From the IMG/VR virus record IMGVR_UViG_3300037963_003542: a DNA stretch of 64,000 nucleotides. The stretch is one strand, 5' to 3'. The position numbers and the translations under genes were made by a program. The notes beneath the pieces were generated by a model that saw only the letters and a program-made list of their open reading frames with translations, searched no databases and was not told the DNA's origin. The stretch comes from a virus. Shown here one piece after another: positions 18,129-28,447 of the stretch (the first letter of the stretch is position 1; each line of letters opens with the position of its first letter).

Positions 18129-21100
18129 ATGGCATTAACCAGATTAACTAATTTGATTGCTTCCAGAACTGGAAGAATGTTGTATGTCAATCCTGACGAT
18201 TTTAATGCGTCGGACTTGATTTCTAATAACGGCAACTCTCCTACGAGACCGTTTAAGACTATCCAGCGAGCACTTATCGAAGTTGCTCGATTCTCGTATA
18301 TTCAGGGACAGAATAACGATAAGTACGACCAGTTTACTATTAATCTTGCTCCTGGTGAGTATATTATTGATAACCGTCCTGGTAAATCAAACTCTGCTGA
18401 AGTTTCTGAGTTATCTGATCAATCTAATTTTAATATCTTTGATCCTGCCAACGATCTTTATAAGTTTAACTCTGTAGAAGGTGGTCTGGTTATTCCTAGA
18501 GGTACTTCTCTGGTCGGTATGGATCTTAGAAAGACTAGGGTCCGACCACGTTATGTTCCCGATCCAGCAAATGATGCTTTCGGCAGAACATCAATCTTTA
18601 GAGTAACTGGTGCATGTTATTTCTGGCAGTTCTCACTGTTTGATGCTCTTCCTACATCTGATGTTTCTGGTAATGGTGGTGTTTATAAAGATCCTAATAG
18701 CACTGCTATTCTAGACTCTAACTATTCACACCATAAGGTCACTTGCTTCACATATGCTGACCAAACTGATCTGGATCTCTTCTATGCAAAATGCTCTAGA
18801 GCATTTGCTTCTATTCCTACAACTCCAGGTGAATTAGAATCTAGAACTCAAGAAACTAGAATTGTTGGTCCTCTGCAACAGGCAGGACAAATTGATATTC
18901 AATCTATCACTGTTGCTGGTTCTCTTGTAACTATTGTAACTGATGGTCCTCACGAAGTATTTGAAGGTCAGCAGATTACTATTGAAGAGATTATTGGTAC
19001 TTATTCTGGACTGAATGGAACATATTATGTTACTAATGTTGCTAACGACACAACACTTACAATAACAGTTAATGGATTTACTCCTGGTAGTGTTCCTTCT
19101 GGTGAGCTCAATAGTGCTATTGTTAAGGCTGAGATTGATACTGTTGACTCATCTTCACCATATATCTTTAACTGTTCACTGAGATCTACTTATGGTCTTT
19201 GTGGTCTATGGGCAGACGGCAGCAGAGTTAGTGGATTTAAGTCCATGGTTGTCGCCCAGTTTACTGGTGTTTCACTTCAGAAAGATGACCGTGCGTTCAC
19301 TAAATTTAGTGAAACTACCACAGATCTTAATGGCAACATTCGACCTAGTTTTATTGTAGAAGGTCAATCTGGTGCTGTTGCACTTCACCAGGATTCTACT
19401 AGAGGTGTATATTATCGTGGTGAGGAGACCCGCACTCAAAATGATTGGAGACACTATCACATTCGTGTATCTAATAATGCGTTTATTCAGTCAGTTTCGG
19501 TGTTCGCCGTTGGTTATGCTGAGCAGCACTTAATTGAATCTGGTGGTGACTATTCTATCACCAACTCTAACTCTAACTTCGGTACACAAGCACTGATTGC
19601 TGATGGTTTCCGTCCTGATGCGTTTACACTTGATAAGAAGGGTCATTTTACTCATATTGTTCCTCCTCAGGCATTAACTACCCTTGATAGTGACGTTCAG
19701 TATTATCCATTAGATGTTCAGCAAAGTAGGGATGGAGTTCAACCTGACAGTGAGGGAGATAAGTTATATTTGTTCGCGCAGACTGATCCTGCCGTAAGTC
19801 CAATATTTGATATTAACAATACTAAGTTGGGTGGTAGAAGGGGCGATAAGATTTATGCCAGACTTACTAATCCACAGACTAGTCGCTTTGAGGAGTTACC
19901 AGCAACTATTTCGCCTAGTGGTGTTGAAGAACATGAAATCAAAGATGTAAGTATTGCCGACAACTTATTTACTGTTGATAGCACGCATCAATTTGAAACT
20001 GCCACTCCAATTAGAATTTACAGTAGCACAGGTTATTTACCTCTTGGAATGGAGTCTAATAGACTCTACTATGCTATTAAGATTAGCAATACAACATTTA
20101 AGATTGCTCCTTCAGCTGAAGATGCGAGAGCAGGTGCTGGTGGTTCTGCTAACAGCATTGTTAATATCAGATCTGATAAATCAGCTGCCGTAGGAGCACA
20201 ATTAATTGTAAAATCATTTATATCTGATACAAATCCTGAACTTCCAAGATTTAATGTTACAGTAAATGCTAATCTCGAAACCTTTAATACGGGTACGTTC
20301 CCTCATGGTTTCACGACTGGTGATAAAGTATTCTTCCGTCGCAGAGTAATTGCTGATCAAGTTTCAACGGGACAACTTCCTCAAATTCAGCAGAGTGGAG
20401 TAGTACAAGCTATTAGTCTCACGACTGAGTATTTTGTATATGTTGAGGATGCTTATAACTTTAAGATTGCTAATACTGAGTCGGACGCAAATAATAATAT
20501 TCCTATTCCTATTGACGCTCCTGGTGATGTTGCCCAGGTTGTTGTTTATAGAAATATCCAGAAATCACCATTACGCTTTGACCCACGTCAAGGTAAGGGA
20601 TGGTATATTTCTGTTCTGGCAGATAATACCAATAAAATTCATCCAGTTCTTACTAGCAGTAATGTTGCTAACATTTATTCAAACCCTGCGCTGACGAATA
20701 CAGAAAACGTATTCTTCAAGAGAGTTTCTGATAATAGGGCACTTGCTGATAGAACATATCGTATGAGATATGTTATTCCTAAGGATGAACGTAATGCAAG
20801 ACCTCCTCTGGTTGGTTATGTTGTTCAGAGAAGAACTGATGCTAGTAATGTAATTGAACCTTATACAAATGATAATGGATCTACTCAGACCCAACAACTT
20901 GACAGAATTTATTACATTTACAGAGCAGATACTATTCTGAAGCATATTCCTGATGAGCAGGATGGTGTTTATTATCTTACTATTCTTCTTGCTGACATTG
21001 CTCCTAAAGGTGCTCAATTCAACTTAACAACTGACACATTTTCACACCTGAAATATTCTCAGGATGTTGGTAAGATTTATCCTGACCTTGATAAAGATAA

Positions 21101-24026
21101 TCCAGAAGGTGATCCTGCTGCCGCCACTTCAGTTGCTGATAACCTTGTTCATGGTTTAGTATATCAGGATGATGATAGAAACTCTATCACGAAGGAAGCA
21201 GTAGAAACATTTGTTGCCGATGCAGGTTTTAGTCCTGCACTTCTTGCGGTGTCAGGTAAGGCAACTTCTGGTCAAGAAAATCGATTGATTGCTTTTAACT
21301 CAACCAATGAATTAATTAATATTGAACTGAGAAGAACATCACAGATTCGTGCTGGTAACCAGACATTTGAATATACTGGATTTGGTTCGGGTAACTACTC
21401 AACTGCATTCCCATCTAAGCAAGAAATTGTTCTTACTGATAAAGAAGTTCTTTATTCACAGGCACAACGTCGTCGTGCTGGTGTTGTATTCTATTCTGGT
21501 CTTAATGCATATGGTGATCTGTATGTTGGCAACCAGAAGATCAATGCTATTACAGGTGAAACTGAGATCATTGACAAACCAATTTTGAGAGTTGCAGGAT
21601 CTGCTGCTGTTGTTAATGAAGAGTATGTTCCTTATGTTGGTAATACTAAGAACGTTAATATTGCTGGTTTCCTTACGACTACTGGTGGAGATACTAAACT
21701 TGCTAACTCATTCCAAAATAAGAGTAAGTTCGATGAAGGTATTATTGTTGCTACAGAGAATGCTACTAACAGAGCAATTATCACTCAAGACATTGTATTC
21801 AGACCGAAGCAGATTTCAGTAGAGACACAACCTACTACAGGAAATGCAAAACAGGTTTATCTCGGACCTAACAATCTTAAACCCGTTGTTAGTAATGAGG
21901 GTGTATTTCCTGGCGATATCATCTATAAATCAAAAATCAATCGTAACACTAGAAGTCAAGGTTACATCTATGTTGGTGGTGATGCTACTGATGGTGGTAG
22001 TCCATTAGGGGTCATTGGTGATTATAGACAGATTGGTTTGATTGGCACTGGACACCTCACATCTATTGAAGAATCATATTCTGCTGGTGGCACTCCAGAC
22101 ACTTCAGTAGAACCTTACAAGGTAACTGGTAAGTTTGGTATTAACCAGATGACACCCACAGCATCACTTCATGTTGGTGATGGTGATGTTCTGTTTGACA
22201 ATGATCTGAAAGTGATGGGCGATGTAACGATTGAGGGTGGTGATCTTAAAACAAGTGCTAGCACATTTAACTATACTGATACATCAACCACAGTTAATTT
22301 TGCTACTAGCGCAACAACAATGAATGTTGCTGCTTCTAATGCTACAGCGGCAGGACGATCGGGTGGAACATCTGTCACTAATCTGAAGAGTGATAAACTT
22401 AAGGTTTACAGTGATATTGAGTTGGTTGGTCAGTACGATAGCACCACTTCTGATTCTGGTCCTAAGACTCTTGAAATTTCTACTACAGCAGACACAACTA
22501 ACTTCCTGACAGTTCCTTCTACTGTCAACTTTAGTTCTGCGAACATGAATGCCTTCACTGGTGCTACTAACATCAAAATTGGTAATAATACTGGTAATAC
22601 TACTATCAATCATGACCTTATCGTTTCTGGTAATCTGACAGTTAATGGTACAACAACCTATGTAAATAGCACGATTGTTGATCTTGATGATCCTATTATC
22701 TCTGTTGGTGGTAGTGGTAATGCTGCTGGTGCTCCTTCCTCTGCTGCAAATAAAGATAGAGGTATTGAACTGAAGTATTATTCAGGTTCTGCTAAATCTG
22801 GATTTATGGGTCTGAATGTCGGATCAATGAAGTATGAACTTTACACTGATGCCACTGGATTTAGTAGCAATAATATAACTGGAACTCTCGCAACCCTACG
22901 ACTTAATAAGTTAGAGGCAACTGATGATGTTGATGTTGATGGTGATGTTATTGTTGACGGTAAAGTTCATGCATCTACGTTTGAATTAGATGCAACATTA
23001 TCTTATACTGCGCTGGGTAATGAATTTAACTCTACCATGAGAAAGGCGATTGAGAAACATGCTCTGCCGATTGGTGCAATTATTATGTGGGGTGGTGGCA
23101 CCATTCCTGATGGTTATGCTGAATGTAATGGTGGTACTTATCAAAGAAGAAATGGATCAACAGCAGCATCACCAGATATGAGAGGAAGATTCATTGTAGG
23201 TGCTGGTGGTAACTATAGTGGCCAGGGCGGTTCTAAGACTAAGACTACTAGCACAAACTCTAATGCAACTACACTTAAAATTGATGCATCTCAGATTAAC
23301 ATTGGAGATACCGCTTTAAGCAGGAAACAGATTCCACGACATACACATGGTATGAATCATGGTCATTTTAACATCAATATAGATACATTTAGTGCTTATG
23401 GTGGAAATAATAATGCGATCAATGCACTTACTAGCACTAATGGTGGTAGCCACACACATAATCTCACTAATATGAATCACCATCACTGGTTTGGTGGTGA
23501 TGATCACCTAGAAGAAGCCGCCCAGGAATCAGAAATGGGTCAATACTGGGCTGGCAATGTAGTAGCAACAGACAATAGTGGTGAGTGGTATGACTGGGAA
23601 TCTGGTAGTTCAGGTTCTGGTAGGTATAGAGTATATAAAACTTCAAATCCTAAAACTAATGGATCTGACACTGATTGGGGTCCAGGCATGGACGCTGCTG
23701 GAGCTTCTCACGATCATACAGTAACAATTACTAGTAGTAAAGTTGTTGGTGCTATTAAAAGTGGTGAAGGAAAAGTCACCACCAGTAATATGCTAGACAA
23801 TCAGGGTGGTCAGAACACTCTTACTGCAAAGCGAACTGGTGATGGTTCAGATGGTGAAGGTGGTAATAGTGGTATTGGAGAAAGTGCTTCAGCAGCAAAA
23901 ACTCATACTCATAGTTTTGCTCTTAATAATAACAGTGATAGTGGACTTAAGAACAGATCACATACTCACACGATTGACGATATTTCACCACCATTCCATA
24001 CAACTACAATGCTTATTAAACTCTGA
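18129..24026 (+). CDS. large tail fibre-like virion protein with C-terminal tail-collar and HxH receptor-binding region
   Basis: Cyanophage-type N-term MALTRL.N.....GR.LYVNPDDFNASD...NG.SP.RPFKTIQRAL; collar LPIGAIIMWGG..IPDGYAECNG...PDMRGRFIVGAG; seven HxH motifs. Confidence 0.85.
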   Translation: MALTRLTNLIASRTGRMLYVNPDDFNASDLISNNGNSPTRPFKTIQRALIEVARFSYIQGQNNDKYDQFTINLAPGEYIIDNRPGKSNSAEVSELSDQSNFNIFDPANDLYKFNSVEGGLVIPRGTSLVGMDLRKTRVRPRYVPDPANDAFGRTSIFRVTGACYFWQFSLFDALPTSDVSGNGGVYKDPNSTAILDSNYSHHKVTCFTYADQTDLDLFYAKCSRAFASIPTTPGELESRTQETRIVGPLQQAGQIDIQSITVAGSLVTIVTDGPHEVFEGQQITIEEIIGTYSGLNGTYYVTNVANDTTLTITVNGFTPGSVPSGELNSAIVKAEIDTVDSSSPYIFNCSLRSTYGLCGLWADGSRVSGFKSMVVAQFTGVSLQKDDRAFTKFSETTTDLNGNIRPSFIVEGQSGAVALHQDSTRGVYYRGEETRTQNDWRHYHIRVSNNAFIQSVSVFAVGYAEQHLIESGGDYSITNSNSNFGTQALIADGFRPDAFTLDKKGHFTHIVPPQALTTLDSDVQYYPLDVQQSRDGVQPDSEGDKLYLFAQTDPAVSPIFDINNTKLGGRRGDKIYARLTNPQTSRFEELPATISPSGVEEHEIKDVSIADNLFTVDSTHQFETATPIRIYSSTGYLPLGMESNRLYYAIKISNTTFKIAPSAEDARAGAGGSANSIVNIRSDKSAAVGAQLIVKSFISDTNPELPRFNVTVNANLETFNTGTFPHGFTTGDKVFFRRRVIADQVSTGQLPQIQQSGVVQAISLTTEYFVYVEDAYNFKIANTESDANNNIPIPIDAPGDVAQVVVYRNIQKSPLRFDPRQGKGWYISVLADNTNKIHPVLTSSNVANIYSNPALTNTENVFFKRVSDNRALADRTYRMRYVIPKDERNARPPLVGYVVQRRTDASNVIEPYTNDNGSTQTQQLDRIYYIYRADTILKHIPDEQDGVYYLTILLADIAPKGAQFNLTTDTFSHLKYSQDVGKIYPDLDKDNPEGDPAAATSVADNLVHGLVYQDDDRNSITKEAVETFVADAGFSPALLAVSGKATSGQENRLIAFNSTNELINIELRRTSQIRAGNQTFEYTGFGSGNYSTAFPSKQEIVLTDKEVLYSQAQRRRAGVVFYSGLNAYGDLYVGNQKINAITGETEIIDKPILRVAGSAAVVNEEYVPYVGNTKNVNIAGFLTTTGGDTKLANSFQNKSKFDEGIIVATENATNRAIITQDIVFRPKQISVETQPTTGNAKQVYLGPNNLKPVVSNEGVFPGDIIYKSKINRNTRSQGYIYVGGDATDGGSPLGVIGDYRQIGLIGTGHLTSIEESYSAGGTPDTSVEPYKVTGKFGINQMTPTASLHVGDGDVLFDNDLKVMGDVTIEGGDLKTSASTFNYTDTSTTVNFATSATTMNVAASNATAAGRSGGTSVTNLKSDKLKVYSDIELVGQYDSTTSDSGPKTLEISTTADTTNFLTVPSTVNFSSANMNAFTGATNIKIGNNTGNTTINHDLIVSGNLTVNGTTTYVNSTIVDLDDPIISVGGSGNAAGAPSSAANKDRGIELKYYSGSAKSGFMGLNVGSMKYELYTDATGFSSNNITGTLATLRLNKLEATDDVDVDGDVIVDGKVHASTFELDATLSYTALGNEFNSTMRKAIEKHALPIGAIIMWGGGTIPDGYAECNGGTYQRRNGSTAASPDMRGRFIVGAGGNYSGQGGSKTKTTSTNSNATTLKIDASQINIGDTALSRKQIPRHTHGMNHGHFNINIDTFSAYGGNNNAINALTSTNGGSHTHNLTNMNHHHWFGGDDHLEEAAQESEMGQYWAGNVVATDNSGEWYDWESGSSGSGRYRVYKTSNPKTNGSDTDWGPGMDAAGASHDHTVTITSSKVVGAIKSGEGKVTTSNMLDNQGGQNTLTAKRTGDGSDGEGGNSGIGESASAAKTHTHSFALNNNSDSGLKNRSHTHTIDDISPPFHTTTMLIKL

Positions 24027-24030
24027 GGCA

Positions 24031-24092
24031 CCCTGTGCCAATTCAATAACTGTCACAGGGGGTGGTCCGCTCGTCGGGTCATCCCCTATACT
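24031..24092 (+). promoter_or_regulatory. dyad/stem-loop/-10 promoter cassette (copy 1)
   Basis: CCCTGTGCCA-N10-TGTCACAGGG, imperfect stem-loop, TATACT at 24087. Confidence 0.7.
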
Positions 24093-24116
24093 TATTTCAG
24101 TTGAGAGACGGAACGC

Positions 24117-26291
24117 ATGATCAACCAAGAAATCAAGGGCAATCTCGCCAAACTCCTCGCCACTGAGAACCTGATCGTTGAGCACCGTAAGGTGCCCACT
24201 GCATCCTTTGACACCCTTCGCCGTGTGCTGACCCTTCCCATCTGGGACAAGGCATCTGCGACTGTCTACGATATGCTGGTAGGTCATGAGGTTGGTCATG
24301 CACTATACACCCCTGACGTTGATTGGCGTGAGTCCGTTCGCAACAATGTTCCTAAAGACTTTGTGAACGTTGTTGAGGATGCTCGTATTGAGAAACTTAT
24401 GAAACGTAAGTTTCCTGGTCTGTCTCGTAGTTTCTATCAGGGTTATGAAGAACTGAATGATCAAGACTTCTTTGAGATTCAAGAGGTTGATCTTGAGCGT
24501 CTGTCATTCATTGATCGTATCAACCTGCACTTCAAGGTTGGTTCCTTCGCCATGATTCCTTTCGCCAATGACACTGAGCAGCAATTTGTTGCTCGTGTTG
24601 CTGATGCTGAGACCTTTGAAGAAGTGCTCGCTATCTGTGAAGATATTGTTGACTACCTGAAGCAACAGGAGAAGCAGCAGACTCCTACCCCTATGCCTCA
24701 GCAACAGGGTGAACAGCAAAGCACCGATGGCGAACAATCTGAGCAGCAAGGTGAGGAGGGTGAGAATAAAGAGTGGCCTACTGAGAGTGATCCTGAGGAA
24801 GATCATCGTGCTGATCGTAATGCCGATGATGCAGATCTTGAGACTCCTTCTTACAGTGGAGGTGGCGATACTTATGATGAGAATGAGTCTAAGACTCAGC
24901 GTGCTTTTGATGAGAATGCTGAAGAACTTGCTAACAATGATGAGTATCACAGCGAGACTACCTATGTAGAACTCCCTGAGATGATCATGGAGAACGTTAT
25001 TGTTGACTCTAAGGATCTCACTGCTTACATCACCAAGTGCTTCAATGAGAAGCAGGCAGAGCGTATGGAGTTCTGGGGTGATATTTTTGAGGGTCCAGAT
25101 ACTGCATACAAAACATATAAAAAGTCTGCTCAGAAGGAAGTAAACTACCTTGTAAAGGAGTTTGAGTGCAAGAAATCTGCCGATGCTTATGCTCGTCAGG
25201 CAACATCTCGCACTGGTGTTCTTGATACCAAGTCACTTCATACTTACAAGTACAACGACGATCTGTTCAAGAAAGTTACCGTGCTCCCTGATGGTAAGAA
25301 TCATGGCATGATCTTCGTGCTGGACTGGTCTGGTTCTATGGGTGATGTTATCCTTGACACTGTTAAGCAACTGATGAACCTGACGTGGTTCTGTAAGAAA
25401 GTACAGATCCCTTTTGAGGTTTATGCTTTCACCAATGAGTGGCATCCTGTGTTCATTGATCGTGACTATGATGCTTGTGAGGGTTTGCCTCAAAAGGCAG
25501 TACAAAAGGCAGGTGTTCTTGATATTAACAAGCATTTCAGTCTGCTGAATGTGCTCAGTTCCCGCACCAATGCTAAGCAGTTTGAGGAGCAGTGTCTGAA
25601 TCTGTTCCGTTGTGCTTATACTTTCAAGTATCACTGCTATTACAATCCTCCTCAGGGTCTGGGTCTGTCTGGCACACCTCTGAATGAGAGCATTGTGGCA
25701 CTTAACAGCATCATCCCTCAATTCAAGAACGATAACAAGCTCCAGAAGGTGAATTGTGTCATCCTGACTGATGGTGAGGGTTGTGATCTTGCCTACAATT
25801 ATGAGTATCCTTATGGTCTTGATGGTCTCGGTCGTCGTCGTTGTCCTGGTGTCTCTACTCTGCGTGATCGTAAACTCGGTCGCACTTACAAACAGTTCTC
25901 TGATTACACGGGTGATTATGATAAATCCATGACTGCTATTCTTCTCCAGAACCTGAAGGATCGTAACCCTGATGTCAACATTCTGGGATTCCGTATCTGT
26001 AGTGGCACTGATTTCGGTCGCTTCTATCGTTACGTCAACAACATCCGTTCTTACAATGATGTTCCTGAGAATGATATGAAGAACTGGCGCAAGTTCAAGT
26101 CTCTGGAGATGTCTCCTGCTGGTTATGATGCATTCTATGCAATCTCTGCCTCTGGTATGAATGTGGAGACTGAGTTTAATGTTGCTGAGGATGCTAGTGT
26201 TGCTCAGGTTCGTAAGGCATTCCGCGACAATCTGAAAAAGAAGACGACTAACAAGAAACTTCTCTCCTCTTTCGCCTCGCTTGTCTCTTGA
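24117..26291 (+). CDS. CobT-like protein: HEXXH metallopeptidase domain plus vWA (MIDAS) domain
   Basis: HEVGHALYT; VNVVEDARIE; acidic linker; VLDWSGSM; LSGTPLNE; ILTDGEG. Confidence 0.85.
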   Translation: MINQEIKGNLAKLLATENLIVEHRKVPTASFDTLRRVLTLPIWDKASATVYDMLVGHEVGHALYTPDVDWRESVRNNVPKDFVNVVEDARIEKLMKRKFPGLSRSFYQGYEELNDQDFFEIQEVDLERLSFIDRINLHFKVGSFAMIPFANDTEQQFVARVADAETFEEVLAICEDIVDYLKQQEKQQTPTPMPQQQGEQQSTDGEQSEQQGEEGENKEWPTESDPEEDHRADRNADDADLETPSYSGGGDTYDENESKTQRAFDENAEELANNDEYHSETTYVELPEMIMENVIVDSKDLTAYITKCFNEKQAERMEFWGDIFEGPDTAYKTYKKSAQKEVNYLVKEFECKKSADAYARQATSRTGVLDTKSLHTYKYNDDLFKKVTVLPDGKNHGMIFVLDWSGSMGDVILDTVKQLMNLTWFCKKVQIPFEVYAFTNEWHPVFIDRDYDACEGLPQKAVQKAGVLDINKHFSLLNVLSSRTNAKQFEEQCLNLFRCAYTFKYHCYYNPPQGLGLSGTPLNESIVALNSIIPQFKNDNKLQKVNCVILTDGEGCDLAYNYEYPYGLDGLGRRRCPGVSTLRDRKLGRTYKQFSDYTGDYDKSMTAILLQNLKDRNPDVNILGFRICSGTDFGRFYRYVNNIRSYNDVPENDMKNWRKFKSLEMSPAGYDAFYAISASGMNVETEFNVAEDASVAQVRKAFRDNLKKKTTNKKLLSSFASLVS

Positions 26292-26316
26292 CAGGCGAGA
26301 CGCCTTCCTCTATAAT
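26288..26316 (+). promoter_or_regulatory. sigma70-type promoter
   Basis: TTGACA-17 nt-TATAAT, perfect consensus. Confidence 0.85.
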
Positions 26317-26340
26317 CATTATGCACCCCAATACATAGAA

Positions 26341-26814
26341 ATGCGTGAACTTGTAGAATCCAAAAATTACTGTGAACTCTACAACTGCTATGCGGTATGG
26401 ATCACAGACAACCGTCAATTCTTCACCACAGGTAGTGCTATGGTGAAGATGCCAGATAGTGAGGTTAAGAAACCATTCGGTTTCCGTTCCTATCTGAAGA
26501 CATTTTTAAGCACTGAATCTGAGATTCATAGTGCAGAACAAGATGCTTCTGAATATCTCAGTCAGTATCCTGATGAGTTTATCAAGAATGCAGACATTTT
26601 TGCTAAGCAGTTTCCTAACATCATTAAGCATCGTCAGGAGAAACTGAACCAGAAGAAAACTAAGTCTAATGCTAAACTGACTGAGTATTTTGAGCAACAG
26701 TCTATGAACTTCGCACCTAAGTCTAATGAGACTGAGACTGAGCGCCTGCTCGCCATGGCACAGAAGCATGGTGCCAAGATGTTCAAGAAGGGAGATCTGG
26801 AAATCCACTTCTGA
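26341..26814 (+). CDS. hypothetical protein
   Basis: ORF track; start moved to MRELVES because the promoter lies at 26288-26316. Confidence 0.7.
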   Translation: MRELVESKNYCELYNCYAVWITDNRQFFTTGSAMVKMPDSEVKKPFGFRSYLKTFLSTESEIHSAEQDASEYLSQYPDEFIKNADIFAKQFPNIIKHRQEKLNQKKTKSNAKLTEYFEQQSMNFAPKSNETETERLLAMAQKHGAKMFKKGDLEIHF

Positions 26815-26859
26815 AACTGGCACAGGGGGTGAGCACAGACCCCCAAAACCATGTATATT
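26804..26859 (+). promoter_or_regulatory. promoter cassette (copy 2)
   Basis: TCCACT-N7-CTGGCACA, GGGGGT...ACCCCC stem, TATATT at 26854. Confidence 0.65.
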
Positions 26860-26882
26860 TACATTGTTCGCAACCAAAGCAC

Positions 26883-27977
26883 ATGCCCCGCAAGATTGAC
26901 ATTGACATGAACGCTCTGACCGCGTTCATCTCCACTAACTACGGTGATGAGTTCGGTGGTGAGGCAGTTCGCGCTGCTGCCACTGAGTTCGGTGTGACCT
27001 ATCCTACCATCATGAAGCGTATTGAACAGTACAAGGTCGGTTACGGCAAGTGGAATCTCTCTGTTCAAGAACAACTGGAGCAAACTTATGCTGCTCCTGC
27101 CGCTGCTCCTGCTGTTGTTGAGTCTGTGGTGCAGAATCTCGTTCCTGCTAAGGACGATACTTTTGTCCCATTCGGTAACTTTACCGATGTAAAGAAGATC
27201 ATCAACTCTAAGATCTTCTACCCCGTGTTCATCACTGGTCTGTCTGGTAACGGCAAGACCTTCAGTGTTGAGCAAGCATGTGCTAATCTTGGTCGCGAAC
27301 TTATTCGTGTCAACCTCACTATTGAGACCGATGAAGATGATCTTATTGGCGGTTTCCGTTTGGTTGACGGTAATACTGTCTGGCACAATGGTCCTGTTAT
27401 TGAGGCACTTGAGCGAGGTGCTATTCTCCTCCTTGATGAGATTGATCTCGCATCTAACAAAGTTATGTGCCTGCAATCCATTCTTGAAGGCAAAGGTGTA
27501 TTCCTCAAGAAAACTGGTCGCTATGTGAAACCAGCAGCAGGATTCAATGTCATCGCCACTGCTAATACTAAGGGCAAGGGTTCTGATGACGGTCGCTTCA
27601 TTGGCACCAATGTGCTCAATGAGGCATTCCTTGAGCGTTTCGCTCTCACCTTCGAGCAAGATTATCCTACTCCTAAGATCGAGCAGAAGATTCTTGAAGG
27701 CATTTCTCTTGATCTCGGTCTCGAAGATCGTGAGTTCTGTGAGAAACTTGCTCAGTGGGCAGATATTATTCGTAAGACCTTCAACGACGGAGGCATTGAT
27801 GAAGTGATCTCAACACGTCGCCTGGTCCACATCATCCGTGCCTACGCTATTTTCGGCAAGCGTATGAAATCCATTGAGGTTTGTGTCAATCGCTTTGATG
27901 ATGAAACTAAGACTTCATTCATTGAACTTTATGACAAACTGGATGCATCCGTTGCCGTAGAAACCGAAGAGGGTTGA
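26883..27977 (+). CDS. cobS: CobS-like / MoxR-family AAA+ ATPase
   Basis: Walker A GLSGNGKT; ETDEDDLIGG; Walker B LLLDE; ATANTKGKGSDDGRFIGTNVLNEAFLERF. Start set at MPRKID. Confidence 0.93.
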   Translation: MPRKIDIDMNALTAFISTNYGDEFGGEAVRAAATEFGVTYPTIMKRIEQYKVGYGKWNLSVQEQLEQTYAAPAAAPAVVESVVQNLVPAKDDTFVPFGNFTDVKKIINSKIFYPVFITGLSGNGKTFSVEQACANLGRELIRVNLTIETDEDDLIGGFRLVDGNTVWHNGPVIEALERGAILLLDEIDLASNKVMCLQSILEGKGVFLKKTGRYVKPAAGFNVIATANTKGKGSDDGRFIGTNVLNEAFLERFALTFEQDYPTPKIEQKILEGISLDLGLEDREFCEKLAQWADIIRKTFNDGGIDEVISTRRLVHIIRAYAIFGKRMKSIEVCVNRFDDETKTSFIELYDKLDASVAVETEEG

Positions 27978-28007
27978 CACCCTCCGAAGTTTCTGCTACA
28001 CTAAATA
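27974..28007 (+). promoter_or_regulatory. sigma70 promoter overlapping a late-type CTAAATA box
   Basis: TTGACA(27974)-17-TACACT(27997); CTAAATA at 28001-28007; GGAG SD before ATG 28066. Confidence 0.7.
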
Positions 28008-28065
28008 CTTAACCTTTTGTCATAAAAGGTATTTACACTCATTCAATTAAGGAGAACAATTTCAA

Positions 28066-28434
28066 ATGATTAAATCCGCAATCGCTCTTGCCGCCGCTGC
28101 TCCTCTGATGGCAGCACCTGCCCTTGCTGGTCCATATGTGAACGTGGAAGCAAACTCAGGATTCACTGGATCGAACTACTCTGGAACGACGACAGACGCC
28201 CATGTAGGCTATGCTGGCACCACTGGCGCTATTGATTGGTACGCCCAGGTTGGTGGTTCCTACGTCTCCCCTGACGGTGGTGATGCTGAGACCGTTCCCT
28301 CTGGTAAGGCAGGTGCATCCGTCGCCGCTACGGACGCTCTGAGCGTCTATGGTGAAGTCTCCTTCATCGGATCAGGTTCTGATTCCGTTGATCGTGGTTA
28401 TGGCACCAAGATCGGTGCAACCTACTCGTTCTGA
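28066..28434 (+). CDS. secreted outer-membrane beta-barrel-like protein (picocyanobacterial type)
   Basis: Signal peptide MIKSAIALAAAAPLMAAPALA; alternating amphipathic beta strands; C-terminal GATYSF aromatic BamA-type signal. Confidence 0.7.
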   Translation: MIKSAIALAAAAPLMAAPALAGPYVNVEANSGFTGSNYSGTTTDAHVGYAGTTGAIDWYAQVGGSYVSPDGGDAETVPSGKAGASVAATDALSVYGEVSFIGSGSDSVDRGYGTKIGATYSF

Positions 28435-28447
28435 TATAATTAACTCT

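Noticed and set aside
18129-24026. Diversity-generating retroelement targeting the fibre
   Set aside because: No reverse transcriptase and no near-identical template/variable repeat pair seen in the window.
24034-24057. Cassette dyad as a CRP/FNR or sigma54 site
   Set aside because: Half-site spacing is N10 (not TGTGA-N6-TCACA), and no TTGC -12 element follows TGGCAC.
26859-27659. 266-aa antisense ORF over cobS (also 24504-24950 and many antisense ORFs inside gp5, fibre and gp7)
   Set aside because: Shadow frames from codon bias of strongly conserved + strand genes; no motifs, promoters or SD.
26883-27977. CobS/CobT as a cobalamin-synthesis auxiliary pathway
   Set aside because: No cobN or other cob genes in the window; the partner has an HEXXH peptidase domain, fitting a MoxR/vWA chaperone better.
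28008-28030. Possible Pho box (CTTAACCT) upstream of the outer-membrane protein
   Set aside because: Only one half-site; the second 11-nt-spaced repeat is absent.
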